Shown in pieces: positions 45,291 through 55,031 of a DNA stretch of 64,000 nucleotides. Every line of letters starts with the position of its first letter. The first letter of the stretch is position 1. Made by a program: the position numbers and the translations under genes. The notes below the pieces were generated by a model that ran no database searches, was not told the origin of the DNA, and saw nothing but the letters and a program-made list of their open reading frames with translations. The stretch is from an uncultured Opitutia bacterium. Lineage in GTDB: Bacteria > Verrucomicrobiota > Verrucomicrobiia > Opitutales > Puniceicoccaceae. Where the stretch lies: positions 23,189 through 87,188 of the forward strand of contig CAJXLM010000004.1 in NCBI GenBank assembly GCA_913056175.1, given 5' to 3'.

Positions 45291-46277
45291 TCAGGCTACG
45301 GCTAGGGCCAGCTCCCGCCCCTCGGCATAGGCGTCGAGACTGCCGAGCGTGCAGTCGGCGATCTCCCGGAGGGCCTCCGCGGTGAAGAAGCCCTGGTGGG
45401 AGGTGACGAGGACATTCGGATAGGAGACGAGAATCCGCAGTTCGTCGTTGCTGAGGAGGGACTGGGAGAGGTCCTCGAAAAAGACCCCTTCCTCCTCCTC
45501 GTAGACATCGAGCCCGACGGCCCCGAGCCGGCCTTGCCGGAGGGCCTCGAGGAGGGCGCTCGTCTCGATCAGTCCGCCCCGGCTGGTATTCGCGAGGACC
45601 ACGCCGTCGCGGAGCCGGGCGAAGCTTTCCCGGCGGAGGAGGTGATGGGTTTCCGGGGTGAGGGGGCAGTGCAGGGTGAGCAAGTCGACCGCCCCGAGCA
45701 GGTCCTCCCACGCCCGGTATTCCACGCCGGCCGCCTCGAGGTCGGCGCGCGGGAAGGGGTCGCAGGCGAGGACCCGGCAGCCGAAGGCGAGGAGGATGCG
45801 GGCCACGATCGCCCCGATCTTGCCGGTACCGGCCACTCCGGCGGTCTTGCCGGCGAGGTCGAAGCCCCGCAGCCCGTCCAGCGAGAAATTGAAGTCGCGG
45901 GTGCGCTGGTAGGCCCGGTGGTACTTCCGGTTCAGGGTGAGGAGCATGCCGACGGCGAACTCGGCCACCCCGTGCGGGGAGTACTCCGGTACGCGGACCA
46001 CCCGGATCCCGAGGGTGCGGGCCGTCGGGAGGTCCACGTTGTTGTGGCCGGCGCAGCGGAGGGCGATCAAGCCGACCCCGTGCCGCGCGCAGGCCTCGAG
46101 GACGGTGGCGTCCGCCTCGTCGTGCACGAAGAGGCAGGCGGCTGCAAAGCCCTCCAACAGGCCGACGGTCTCCGCGCGGAGACGGTCCTCGAAGAAGACG
46201 AGTTGATGGCGGCCGCGATTGGCGCTTTCCAGCGCCTCGCGGTCGTAGGGTTTGCTGCTGAAGACGGCGACTTTCAT
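45291..46277 (-). CDS. D-isomer-specific 2-hydroxyacid dehydrogenase (D-lactate dehydrogenase-like)
   Basis: NAD motif GVAGTGKIGAIVARIL, NTSRG, and a catalytic His region (VTSHQGFFT). 328 aa. Confidence 0.88.
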   Translation of the reverse strand: MKVAVFSSKPYDREALESANRGRHQLVFFEDRLRAETVGLLEGFAAACLFVHDEADATVLEACARHGVGLIALRCAGHNNVDLPTARTLGIRVVRVPEYSPHGVAEFAVGMLLTLNRKYHRAYQRTRDFNFSLDGLRGFDLAGKTAGVAGTGKIGAIVARILLAFGCRVLACDPFPRADLEAAGVEYRAWEDLLGAVDLLTLHCPLTPETHHLLRRESFARLRDGVVLANTSRGGLIETSALLEALRQGRLGAVGLDVYEEEEGVFFEDLSQSLLSNDELRILVSYPNVLVTSHQGFFTAEALREIADCTLGSLDAYAEGRELALAVA

Positions 46278-46300
46278 GGCAGGTGCGGAAACCGGAAAGG

Positions 46301-46334
46301 AAAAACCCCGCCAGTGTCGAACCGGCGGGGTTTT
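46301..46334 (-). terminator. rho-independent terminator (bidirectional form) after the solute-binding protein gene
   Basis: AAAAACCCCGCC-agtgtcgaacc-GGCGGGGTTTT: a 7-bp GC stem flanked by an A-tract and a T-tract. It lies 44 nt downstream of the minus-strand stop at 46378. Confidence 0.7.
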
Positions 46335-46377
46335 GTTAGCAGGGAGCGCGCCAGTCGGCGCGCGGGACGGGAATTCC

Positions 46378-47583
46378 TCAGGGGGCCATGACCCGGCGGA
46401 CCACGATCTCGCCGTCCTCGAAGGCCCACTCGGCGAAGGTACCGCCGACGTCCCCGTTCTCGTCGAAGTTCACGGAGCCGGAAGCACCGACGTAGTCGAC
46501 ATCGCCTCCGTCCTGGAGCACCTCCACGGCCTTCGTCCACTGTCCGGGAAAGATCTTCGTGCCGGGGGGATTCGCGACCTCGCGGAGATGGTCCCGCACG
46601 GCCACCGGATCCGTCGAGCCGGCCGCCTCCGCGGCGAGGGCCAGCAGGTAGACGCCGTCGTAGGCGGTGTCGATGTACGGCTTCGGGGGCACCTCCCCGA
46701 ACTCGGCCCGGTAGGCCTCCTGGAACATGGCGGCGGGTTCGCTGTCCTCGAGGGCCTGGGGCGAGGAGCCGAAGGCCCCCTCCACCGCACGGGCCCCGAG
46801 CGCTTCGACGAGCTCGGGAGCCTTCAGGCCGTCGGTGAAGACGAAGTCGCGGAAGAAGCCCTCCTCGATGGCCTGCCGGAGGATGGTCACCCCGTTCTCG
46901 GGGTAGCCAATGAGGAGGAGCGCCTGCGGGTTGCCTCGGGCGGCCCGGGAGAGCTCCCCGCGGTAGGAGGCGTTTCCGGGTTCGTAGGCGAGGGATTCCA
47001 TCACCTCGCCCTGGTAGTTGGAGGTGAAGGCGTTCGCGAGGCCTTCCCCGTAGTCATTGTTCACGTAGAGGATCGAGACGGAATCGATCCCGCCCTCCTC
47101 GACCATGGTGGCGAGGGCGACGCCCTGGTAGGCATCCGAGGGGACCGACCGGAACATGAAGTCCTCGTCCTCGAGGGTGGTGATCACCGGGGAGGTGGAG
47201 GCCGGGGAGACCTGGGGAACCCCGTTCGGCCCGCTCACGCTGAGGGCCACCGGGATGCTCACGCCGCTGGAGAGGGCCCCGACGGTGCCGAAGACCCCCT
47301 GGATGTTCACGAGCCGCTGGGCGGCGTCGATCCCGGCCTGGGGGCGCGTCTGGGTGTCGCCGATGACGACTTCGAGGGGACGGCCGAGCACTCCGCCCTG
47401 TTCGTTGATTTGCAGGGCGGCCAGTTCGGCTCCGTTGAGGGAAGTCTCGCCGTAGGCCTGGAGGTCACCGGTCATCGGCATGAGGGCGCCGATCGGGAGG
47501 GGTTCCCCGTCCTGGGCGGGGAGGGGGGTACCGCCCGCCACGAAGGCGGCCGCGGTCGCGAGGGAGAGGAAGGTTCGCACCAT
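46378..47583 (-). CDS. ABC transporter substrate-binding protein (type I, LivK/branched-chain amino-acid-like)
   Basis: Signal peptide MVRTFLSLATAAAFVAGG. ...IGALMPMTGDLQAYGE...GAELAALQINEQGGVLGRPLEVVIGDTQ... is a typical Peripla_BP_6 pattern. No cognate permease or ATPase genes are adjacent. Confidence 0.88.
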   Translation of the reverse strand: MVRTFLSLATAAAFVAGGTPLPAQDGEPLPIGALMPMTGDLQAYGETSLNGAELAALQINEQGGVLGRPLEVVIGDTQTRPQAGIDAAQRLVNIQGVFGTVGALSSGVSIPVALSVSGPNGVPQVSPASTSPVITTLEDEDFMFRSVPSDAYQGVALATMVEEGGIDSVSILYVNNDYGEGLANAFTSNYQGEVMESLAYEPGNASYRGELSRAARGNPQALLLIGYPENGVTILRQAIEEGFFRDFVFTDGLKAPELVEALGARAVEGAFGSSPQALEDSEPAAMFQEAYRAEFGEVPPKPYIDTAYDGVYLLALAAEAAGSTDPVAVRDHLREVANPPGTKIFPGQWTKAVEVLQDGGDVDYVGASGSVNFDENGDVGGTFAEWAFEDGEIVVRRVMAP

Positions 47584-47757
47584 GAGTTGCTCCTTTTTCG
47601 GGGGTTGTCATAGAAGGGGACGGGAGCTCCGCCCCCACGAGGAAGGCCAGTTAGGAAAAAAGGTTTCAATCCCAATTGGCAATCGTAAGTGGAGGCTTTG
47701 GGCCCCTCCCGAGAATCCGCTGGCCTGCCGGAGGCCCCCGTCCTAGGAAGACTGATT

Positions 47758-49119
47758 ATGAAGTCCGTCATTGTGGGCGCGGGCGAGGTGGGCCGCTCCA
47801 TCAGCAGGAATCTCCGGCAACGAGGCCACAACGTGATCGTGATCGACGAGTCCGGGGAGGTGGCCCGGCAGTTGGACGACGACGAGGACGTGAAGGTGCT
47901 CGTCGGCAACGGGGCCTCCGCCCGCATGCTCGATGAGGCGGGCATTGAGGACGCCCGCTATTTCCTCGCCCTTACCAGCGACGACCGCACCAACCTCGTC
48001 GCCTGCAAGGTGGCCCGCCAGCTCAACAAGCGCGTCTACACGGTGGCCCGTGTCCACGACCGCACCTACCTGGAGCGGGACCGGGTGGCCTACCAGGAGT
48101 TGTTCGACATCAGTTTCCTCCTCAATCCGGAGATGCTCGCGGCGGTGGAGCTGGCCAAGGAGATCCGCCACCCGGGCCGGGTCGCCATCGAGCACTTCGC
48201 CCGCGGCCAGATCGAGGTGCAGAACATGGCGGTGGACCCGAGCAGCCGGCTCATCGGGATGACTCTCCGCGACCTTTCCCTCGACAGTGGCATGCGGGTC
48301 GGCCTGATCACCCGGGACGGGAAGACGAGTGTGGCCCGGGCGAACGCCGAGTTCCGGGCCGGCGACCAGCTCACGGTCTTTGGTGCCTCGGATGTGCTTT
48401 CCGAGTTCCGGGCCGAGGCGGAGCCGGGGGATCGGCCCCAGAAGGTGCGGGTGGTCCTTTACGGGGGCACGGAAATCGCCATCACCCTGGTCCGCCTCCT
48501 CAGCCACCCGCGCTTCCGCATCCGCATCATCGACCCGGACGAGAAGGTCTGTGCCGCCGTGGCCGAGGAGTGCCCCCGGGTGACGGTCATCCACGGCGAC
48601 GCCAGCTCCCGCCGCCTCCTCGAGGAGGAACAGATCGGGGCGGCCGACTACCTCGTGGCCTGTACGAAGGAGGACGAGCACAACATCATGACGAGCCTGC
48701 AGGCCGCCAAGCTCGGTGCGGAGAATGTGCAGTTGGTCGTCAACAAACCCAACTACGAGGAACTGCTCGACGACCTACGCGCGACCATGGGGGTTTCCCG
48801 GATCGTTTCCGCGCGCCGGGCGGCGGTCCAGGAGGTCCTCCGCTACCTCAACCGGGAGGACCTCGTCGTTCTCCCCTCCATGTCCGTGCGGGGCGCAACC
48901 CTCGCGGAGGTCGCGGTGGGCCGGCGCAGCTCCGTGCTGGGGCAAAAGTTGGCCGACCTCGAGTTGCCGGAGGGCTGCCTGCTGGTGGCCCGGGTGAGGA
49001 AGGGCGACGCCCGGGTGCCCGGCGCCGCGGACACCGTGGAGGCCGACGACCGCATCCTCGTCGCGGTGGACGAGGAGCATCGCGACGAGGTGGCGAGACT
49101 CTTCACGGGCAAGAAATGA
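47758..49119 (+). CDS. trkA: Trk system potassium uptake protein TrkA
   Basis: MKSVIVGAGEVGRSISRNL, with duplicated RCK_N/RCK_C units. 453 aa. Confidence 0.93.
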   Translation: MKSVIVGAGEVGRSISRNLRQRGHNVIVIDESGEVARQLDDDEDVKVLVGNGASARMLDEAGIEDARYFLALTSDDRTNLVACKVARQLNKRVYTVARVHDRTYLERDRVAYQELFDISFLLNPEMLAAVELAKEIRHPGRVAIEHFARGQIEVQNMAVDPSSRLIGMTLRDLSLDSGMRVGLITRDGKTSVARANAEFRAGDQLTVFGASDVLSEFRAEAEPGDRPQKVRVVLYGGTEIAITLVRLLSHPRFRIRIIDPDEKVCAAVAEECPRVTVIHGDASSRRLLEEEQIGAADYLVACTKEDEHNIMTSLQAAKLGAENVQLVVNKPNYEELLDDLRATMGVSRIVSARRAAVQEVLRYLNREDLVVLPSMSVRGATLAEVAVGRRSSVLGQKLADLELPEGCLLVARVRKGDARVPGAADTVEADDRILVAVDEEHRDEVARLFTGKK

Positions 49120-50606
49120 ACTACAGGATCGTCCTGCGGCTCCTTGCCCTCATCCAGGGAGCCATGGCGGTGGCCCTGCTCGCCAGCGCGGCCGTCGCCT
49201 TCCTCCCGGGGTACGGGGGCTGGGGGCAGCCGGCGGTGCTCGGGCTGGTCGTCGCCGCCGGGATCGCCCTCCTCCTCGGCCTCGCCCTTTTCCTTTCCGC
49301 GGGGAAAGGACCGCAGCCGGAGATTTACCGGAAGGAAGCCCTCACCGTGATCGGATTGGGCTGGCTGGTCTCCAGCCTCGTTGGGGCGATCCCCTACCTC
49401 TTCGCGGTGCCGGGCCTGCTCCCGGCCTCTGCCTTCTTCGAGAGTGCCTCCGGCCTCACCACGACCGGGGCCACCGTCTTCCTCGACATTGAGTCCCTCC
49501 CCCGCCCGCTCCTCTTCTGGCGCTCCCTCAGCCAATGGATCGGGGGGCTCGGGGTGGTCGTCTTCTTTGTCGCCATCCTCTCCTTCCTCGGTTCCGGGGC
49601 CAAGGTGCTCTTCTCCCGGGAGTACTCGGGCAGCGCCGACGATCTCTTCGACGGGAAGATGAAGGTGGGCGCGGCGAGGATCCTCTGGCTCTACCTCGCC
49701 CTCTCCGCGGTCTGTGTGGGGCTCTACCGGCTGGTCGGGCTCGACTGGTTCGACGCCACCTGCCACATGTTCACCACCATCGCCACGGGCGGCTTCAGCA
49801 CCCGCAACAACTCCTTCGCCGACCTTGCCAACCCGGCCGCGGAGTGGATCGCCATCGTCTTCATGGTGGTCTGCTCGGTGAGCTTCCTGCTCCAGCTGCG
49901 GCTGCTCCGGGGCGATTTCCGCCCCTTCCTCGCCCGGAGCGCCGAGCCCGCCGCCTTCCTCGTCCTCCTCGCCCTCGGTACGGTCCTCGTCCTCCTCGCC
50001 CGGGCGACGGGACCGGGCGTGTCGGGAGAGGCGGAGGCGGGGGGTCTCTTTCGCAGCACCGTGTTCCAGGTGGTGTCCCTCGCCACGACCACGGGCTACT
50101 CCACCCGGGACTTCGCCGCGTGGGCCTTTCCCGCCCAGATCGTCCTCCTCTCTCTCATGCTGGTCGGAGGATGTACGGGTTCCACGGCCGGCGGGATCAA
50201 GGTGATCCGGATGGTGGTCGCCTTCCGCCTGATGCGTTTCCACATCGAGCGCGCCTTCCGGCCCCACCTCGTCCGCCCGATCCGGGTGAACCGGCGGGCC
50301 CTCTCCTCCGACGGCCTCCAGGAGATCACCGTGTTCCTCCTCCTCGCCCTCGCGGGCCTGCTAGGGGGCTGCCTGTTGGTGGCCTTCCTCGAGCCGTCGC
50401 TCGATCCCTACAGCGCGTTTTCGGCGGTTCTGGCCACGCTCTTCAACACGGGCCCGGGATTCGGGGCGGTGGGGCCGGTCGAATCCTTCCAGGCCCTGCA
50501 CGAAACGACCAAACTGGTTCTCGGGCTGGCCATGATCCTCGGACGCCTCGAGTTCTTCGCGATCCTCGTCCTCTTCGCCCCCTCCCTCTGGCGCCGCTTC
50601 AGCTAG
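49116..50606 (+). CDS. trkH: Trk-type potassium transporter membrane subunit TrkH
   Basis: Its ATG overlaps the trkA stop (ATGA). 496 aa, polytopic, with repeated selectivity-filter-like segments (ASGLTTTGATV, TIATGGFST, LATTTGYST, GGCTGSTAGGIKV). Confidence 0.93.
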   Translation: MNYRIVLRLLALIQGAMAVALLASAAVAFLPGYGGWGQPAVLGLVVAAGIALLLGLALFLSAGKGPQPEIYRKEALTVIGLGWLVSSLVGAIPYLFAVPGLLPASAFFESASGLTTTGATVFLDIESLPRPLLFWRSLSQWIGGLGVVVFFVAILSFLGSGAKVLFSREYSGSADDLFDGKMKVGAARILWLYLALSAVCVGLYRLVGLDWFDATCHMFTTIATGGFSTRNNSFADLANPAAEWIAIVFMVVCSVSFLLQLRLLRGDFRPFLARSAEPAAFLVLLALGTVLVLLARATGPGVSGEAEAGGLFRSTVFQVVSLATTTGYSTRDFAAWAFPAQIVLLSLMLVGGCTGSTAGGIKVIRMVVAFRLMRFHIERAFRPHLVRPIRVNRRALSSDGLQEITVFLLLALAGLLGGCLLVAFLEPSLDPYSAFSAVLATLFNTGPGFGAVGPVESFQALHETTKLVLGLAMILGRLEFFAILVLFAPSLWRRFS

Positions 50607-50670
50607 AAATCGCCGGATTTCCCGTTCCCCGTCCTTGCCTTCGCGGGAGTCGGTTCCTCTCCTGCCGGGG

Positions 50671-51282
50671 ATGACACCCATCGAAGCGATCTATCACCGT
50701 CGGGCGATCAAGGGATTCGACCCGGACCACACCCTCCCGGCCGAGGACGAGCGCCGCCTCCTCGAGGCCATGATCCAGGCCCCGACGAGTTTCAACATCC
50801 AGCACTGGCGCCCGGTGATCCTGCGCGACCCGGACCTGCGGGCCCGCTTCCGCAGCGAGATCGGCAACGACCAGCCCCAGATCACCGACGCTTCCCTCCT
50901 CGTGCTCTTCACCGCCGACGTGAAGGCCTGGGAAAAGGAGCCGGAGCGCTACTGGAAGGACGCTCCCACCGAGGTCGCCGAAATGCTGGTGGGCTGGCTC
51001 GGGGACTTCCACCAGGACCGGGAGTGGCTGCAGCGCGACGAGGCCCAGCGCTCCATCGGGATCGCCATGGCCACCCTCATGATCGCGGCCCAGGAGCTCG
51101 GCTACGACTCCTGCCCGATGATCGGCTTCGACCTGGACGCGGCCGCCGACTGGATCCGGCTCCCCGAGGATCACGTGATCGGGCCGCTCGTCGCGATCGG
51201 CAAGCGCACCCAGGAGCCGTGGCCCAAGCCGGGTCAGTTGCCCCTGGAGGAAATCGTGGTGGAGGATCGCTTCCCGGCGTGA
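50671..51282 (+). CDS. nitroreductase-family protein
   Basis: IEAIYHRRAIKGFDP...APTSFNIQHWRPVIL... matches the nitroreductase fold pattern. An alternative start is at 50635. Confidence 0.85.
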   Translation: MTPIEAIYHRRAIKGFDPDHTLPAEDERRLLEAMIQAPTSFNIQHWRPVILRDPDLRARFRSEIGNDQPQITDASLLVLFTADVKAWEKEPERYWKDAPTEVAEMLVGWLGDFHQDREWLQRDEAQRSIGIAMATLMIAAQELGYDSCPMIGFDLDAAADWIRLPEDHVIGPLVAIGKRTQEPWPKPGQLPLEEIVVEDRFPA

Positions 51283-51902
51283 GCGAGGATCCTGGCAGGG
51301 AAAGCCCACGGATCGAGGTCGTCACCGGGGCGGCCACCGCGGATTTCCTCGCGCCCGCCGCGCGGCTGCGCATCCGGGTCTTCCGGGAGTTTCCCTACCT
51401 CTACGACGGCACCCCCGCGTACGAGGAGGAGTACCTGCGGGTCTACCCGCGCGCGGAGGACAGCGTCTTCGTCCTCGCCCGGGCCGGGGAGGACGTTGTC
51501 GGGCTGGCCACGGGCCTGCCTCTCGCGGAGGCGGACGAGGAGTTTCGCGCGCCCTTCCGGGAGGCGGGGTTCCCGGTCGGGGAGGTGTTCTATTTTGGCG
51601 AATCCGTCCTCGAGCCCGCCTGGAGGGGCTATGGGATCGGCCGCCGCTTCATGGAGGAGCGCATCCGCCACGCGGAGGGGCTCGGCCGCTTCCGTACGGC
51701 CGCCTTCTGCGCGGTGGAGCGCCCCGCCGACCATCCCCTGCGGCCCGCGGACTACCGCCCGCTTGACCCCTTCTGGGAGCGCTGCGGGTTCCGCCGGCAT
51801 CCGGAGCTGCGGGCCACCTATGCCTGGAAGGACGTCGGCGAGCCGGCGGAGACGGACAAGCCGATGGCCTTCTGGCTGCGGCCGCTCCGGTCCCCGGCTT
51901 GA
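51279..51902 (+). CDS. GNAT-family N-acetyltransferase
   Basis: The GTG at 51279 overlaps the upstream stop (GTGA). Acetyl-CoA motif A-like VLEPAWRGYGIGRRFMEE. Confidence 0.75.
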   Translation: MSEDPGRESPRIEVVTGAATADFLAPAARLRIRVFREFPYLYDGTPAYEEEYLRVYPRAEDSVFVLARAGEDVVGLATGLPLAEADEEFRAPFREAGFPVGEVFYFGESVLEPAWRGYGIGRRFMEERIRHAEGLGRFRTAAFCAVERPADHPLRPADYRPLDPFWERCGFRRHPELRATYAWKDVGEPAETDKPMAFWLRPLRSPA

Positions 51903-51933
51903 CCCTTCCGGCCCCCGCCCGTAGCACCCTCCC

Positions 51934-52917
51934 ATGCCGCACGCGATTTGCATGCACGAGCACGGGGGACCGGAGGTCCTCCGTTGGGAGGAGATCGACG
52001 CGCGCCCCCTCGAGCGGGGGGAGATCCGGGTCCGCCACGAGGCGGTCGGGCTGAACTACATCGATGTCTACCACCGGACGGGGCTCTACCCCGTCCCCGC
52101 CTTGCCCTGTGTCCCCGGCCTGGAGGGGGCGGGCGAAGTGATCGAGCTGGGACCGGAGGTCAACGGGCTGGAGATCGGTGACCGGGTGGCCTACGCCTCT
52201 CCCCCGCTGGGCGCCTACGCCGAGGAGCGCACCCTGCCGGCGGACCGCGTGGTGCGCCTGCCGGAGGAAATCCCGGCCGAAACCGCTGCCGCCCTCATGC
52301 TCCAGGGCATGACCGCGGAATACCTGATCCGGCGGACCTATCCGTGCCGGGAGGGAGAGACGGTCCTCCTCCACGCCGCCGCCGGCGGGGTCGGCCTGAT
52401 CGCCTCCCAGTGGTTGCACGCGCTCGGGGTCGAGGTGATCGGGACGGTCGGCTCGCCCGCCAAGGCGGAGCTCGCCCGCGCCCATGGCTGCACCCACACC
52501 ATCCTCTACCGCGAGGAGGACGTGGTCGCAAAGGTGCGTGACCTCACCGGGGGCCGCGGGGTGCCGGTCGTCTACGACTCGGTCGGGCGGGCCACCTGGG
52601 AAGCCTCTCTCGACTGCCTGCGGCCGCGCGGGGTCATGGTCTCCTTCGGCAACGCCTCCGGACCGGTCGAGCCGGTGAACCTCGGCGAGCTCTCCCAGAA
52701 GGGCTCCCTCTTCGTCACCCGCCCCACGCTGATGCACTACACGGCGGAGCGCTCCGAACTGGAGGCGAGTGCCGGGGCTCTTTTCGACGTGGTGCGGTCG
52801 GGCAAGGTCCACGCCCACATCGGCCAGCGCTTTCCGCTCCGGGAGGCCGCGGCCGCCCACCGAGCGCTCGAGGCCCGGGAAACGGTGGGCAGTACGGTGC
52901 TCACGGTGGACCGCTGA
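51934..52917 (+). CDS. NADPH:quinone oxidoreductase (zeta-crystallin-type MDR)
   Basis: GLNYIDVYHRTGLYP, and AAAGGVGLIASQW as the nucleotide-binding motif. 327 aa. Confidence 0.9.
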   Translation: MPHAICMHEHGGPEVLRWEEIDARPLERGEIRVRHEAVGLNYIDVYHRTGLYPVPALPCVPGLEGAGEVIELGPEVNGLEIGDRVAYASPPLGAYAEERTLPADRVVRLPEEIPAETAAALMLQGMTAEYLIRRTYPCREGETVLLHAAAGGVGLIASQWLHALGVEVIGTVGSPAKAELARAHGCTHTILYREEDVVAKVRDLTGGRGVPVVYDSVGRATWEASLDCLRPRGVMVSFGNASGPVEPVNLGELSQKGSLFVTRPTLMHYTAERSELEASAGALFDVVRSGKVHAHIGQRFPLREAAAAHRALEARETVGSTVLTVDR

Positions 52918-52967
52918 GGCCGGCGGGAGTTGCCCGGGCGACCCACCGGCTGCAGGGTGGGAGTCGC

Positions 52968-54242
52968 ATGCCGCGCCGCCGCTTTGTCCTCCTCTCCCAC
53001 GGGTCCACCGGGGACCTCATCCCCATGATCGAGTGGGGGGCCCGGGCGGTGGCCGAGGGGCATGAGGTGATCCTCCTCGCCGGGGAATACTGGTGGCCGC
53101 TCGCCGAGTCCCGTGGGCTCCGCGTGCGCCGCATCCCGCCCTACGGGGGCAAGGAGGAGCACGCCGCGTTCATGCGACGCTTCTCCCCGATCGGGAACAA
53201 GCGCCAGCTCCTCGGCAGCATGTACGCGGAGGTCGGTGGCTGGCTCGACCAGATCCTCCCAGTCCTCACCGAGGCGCTCGACGGGGCGGATGCCCTCCTC
53301 TGCTCCTCGCTCTTCCCGTTCTACCGGGCGGTTGCCCGGGAGCGGGGGGTCCCCACCGTGGCGGTCCATTTCTGCCCCCACACCTTCGCCAGCGCCGAGG
53401 TGCCCGCGGCCGAGATCCCCCCCTTGCCGGGATGGATGCCGTCCGCGCTGCGCCGGGTCTACACCCGCTCCCTCATGGCCCTCGCCGACCGCGTGCTGAC
53501 CCCGGACCTCAATCGGCGGCTGGGGCGACCGGAACTGGCGATGGACTCCTGGATCCGCCGGCCGGCTGAATTTTCCCTCTACCTTGCCCCGCGCGCGCTG
53601 TTCGTTCCCCCCGGGGAAAGCCTCCCGCCCCACGTCGCCTTCACCGGTTTTCTCAGCGGCGGGATGGGGGCCGAGGCCGTGGCGGGGGAGAGCCTCTCCC
53701 TGCCGGTGGAGGGCGCTCCCCTCGTGAACTTCGGGAGCGTCCACCACCCGGACCTCCCGGGCCAGTTCGAGGAACTGTACGCGGCCTGGCCCGCGAGCCG
53801 TCCCCTCCTCGTCCAGGCGGGATGGCTGGAACCGCCGCTCCCCGCCCCCGGCAGCGGGATCCACCGGATCGGGCCGGCTTCGCACGGCGATCTGCTTCCC
53901 CGGGTGTCCGCATTGGTCCACCACGGAGGCGCCGGCACCACGGTGTCTGCCCTCCGGGCGGGCATTCCCCAGGTCATCGTGCCCCACTTCGCGGACCAGG
54001 GCTTCTGGGCCCGCACGGTGGAGCGGCTGGGAGTCGGTCGGGCCCTTCCCCGGGCGCGTTGGGGCCGCTCCCTGCCGGGGAGCCTGGAGACTCTCCGGGG
54101 CGAGGAGGACCGGGCGGAGCGGGCCGCCGCCCTCGGTGCCGAGCTGCGCGCGGCACCGGACGGCGCGGCCTGTGCCCTCCGCCAGGTGGAGGAGTGGCTG
54201 TCCGCGGGAATCCCCGCAGGCCCACCGGCGGCGGCGACCTGA
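52968..54242 (+). CDS. GT1-family (MGT/UGT-like) glycosyltransferase
   Basis: N-terminus FVLLSHGSTGDLIPMIEWG. C-terminal donor-binding motif HHGGAGTTVSALRAGIPQVIVPHFADQGFWA. Confidence 0.85.
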   Translation: MPRRRFVLLSHGSTGDLIPMIEWGARAVAEGHEVILLAGEYWWPLAESRGLRVRRIPPYGGKEEHAAFMRRFSPIGNKRQLLGSMYAEVGGWLDQILPVLTEALDGADALLCSSLFPFYRAVARERGVPTVAVHFCPHTFASAEVPAAEIPPLPGWMPSALRRVYTRSLMALADRVLTPDLNRRLGRPELAMDSWIRRPAEFSLYLAPRALFVPPGESLPPHVAFTGFLSGGMGAEAVAGESLSLPVEGAPLVNFGSVHHPDLPGQFEELYAAWPASRPLLVQAGWLEPPLPAPGSGIHRIGPASHGDLLPRVSALVHHGGAGTTVSALRAGIPQVIVPHFADQGFWARTVERLGVGRALPRARWGRSLPGSLETLRGEEDRAERAAALGAELRAAPDGAACALRQVEEWLSAGIPAGPPAAAT

Positions 54243-54301
54243 AGGGGGACCAAGGGAGCCCGGGGCTTGCGACTCGCCCCCCGCCCCTGTTCGCTGGCCC
54301 C

Positions 54302-54883
54302 ATGACACTGAGGGTCACCCAGTACGGGGAGGAAGTCCTGCGCCAGCCGGGCCGACGGGTCGAGGTCTTCAACGGCGCGCTCCGCGAGCTCGCCCAGTCC
54401 ATGCGGGCCACCATGAGGGTCGAGGAGGGGATCGGCCTGGCCGCCCAGCAGGTCGGTGAGGCCCTCCACTTCTGCGTGGTCGACCTCGGACCGGCCGCCC
54501 GCGAGGAGGGGGAGGTGGAGATGGATGGGCGGCCGGTGCCCGCTTCCCTGCTCCAGCCGCTCTACCTCGCCAACGCCACCGTCGAGCCGGAGCCGGCCGG
54601 GGAGATCGCCGCCGAGGAAGGTTGCCTCTCCTTCCCGGGTGTCCGCGGGGAGGTACCCCGCCCGCCGCGCATTCGCGTTTCCTACCAGGACCTCGACGGC
54701 GCCCCCCATACCCTTCGCTGCGCCGGCCTCCTCGCCCGCTGCATCCAGCACGAGGTCGATCACTGCAATGGGGTCCTCTTCATCGATCGGATGGATCCCG
54801 CCGAACGCACGGCCCTGCGGCCCGCCCTGCGCAAGCTCGAAAAGAAGGCCCGCCGCTCCGCGCTGCGCGAGCCTTCCGCCTGA
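54302..54883 (+). CDS. def: peptide deformylase
   Basis: The three signature motifs are present: GIGLAAQQVG, EGCLSFPG and HEVDH. Confidence 0.94.
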   Translation: MTLRVTQYGEEVLRQPGRRVEVFNGALRELAQSMRATMRVEEGIGLAAQQVGEALHFCVVDLGPAAREEGEVEMDGRPVPASLLQPLYLANATVEPEPAGEIAAEEGCLSFPGVRGEVPRPPRIRVSYQDLDGAPHTLRCAGLLARCIQHEVDHCNGVLFIDRMDPAERTALRPALRKLEKKARRSALREPSA

Positions 54884-55031
54884 GACGGTCGCCGGGGACC
54901 TTCTCCCGGGGAGGCCTCCGCGGGAACGACCGGGGAGGGGAGGGGCGTGGACGGTGGGCGGGCGCCCGCGGCGCGCCCGGCGCCGGACGGGAGTGAGCGC
55001 TTCCGCGCCCGGCGGCGCGCCGCCGCGCCCC

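Noticed and set aside
54884-55031. GC-rich 148-nt spacer between convergent def and the fused dehydrogenase, considered as a possible small RNA or terminator.
   Set aside because: There are many overlapping short GC palindromes (GGCGCGCC-type) but no single dominant stem with a U-tract. This is indistinguishable from background GC-rich sequence by eye.
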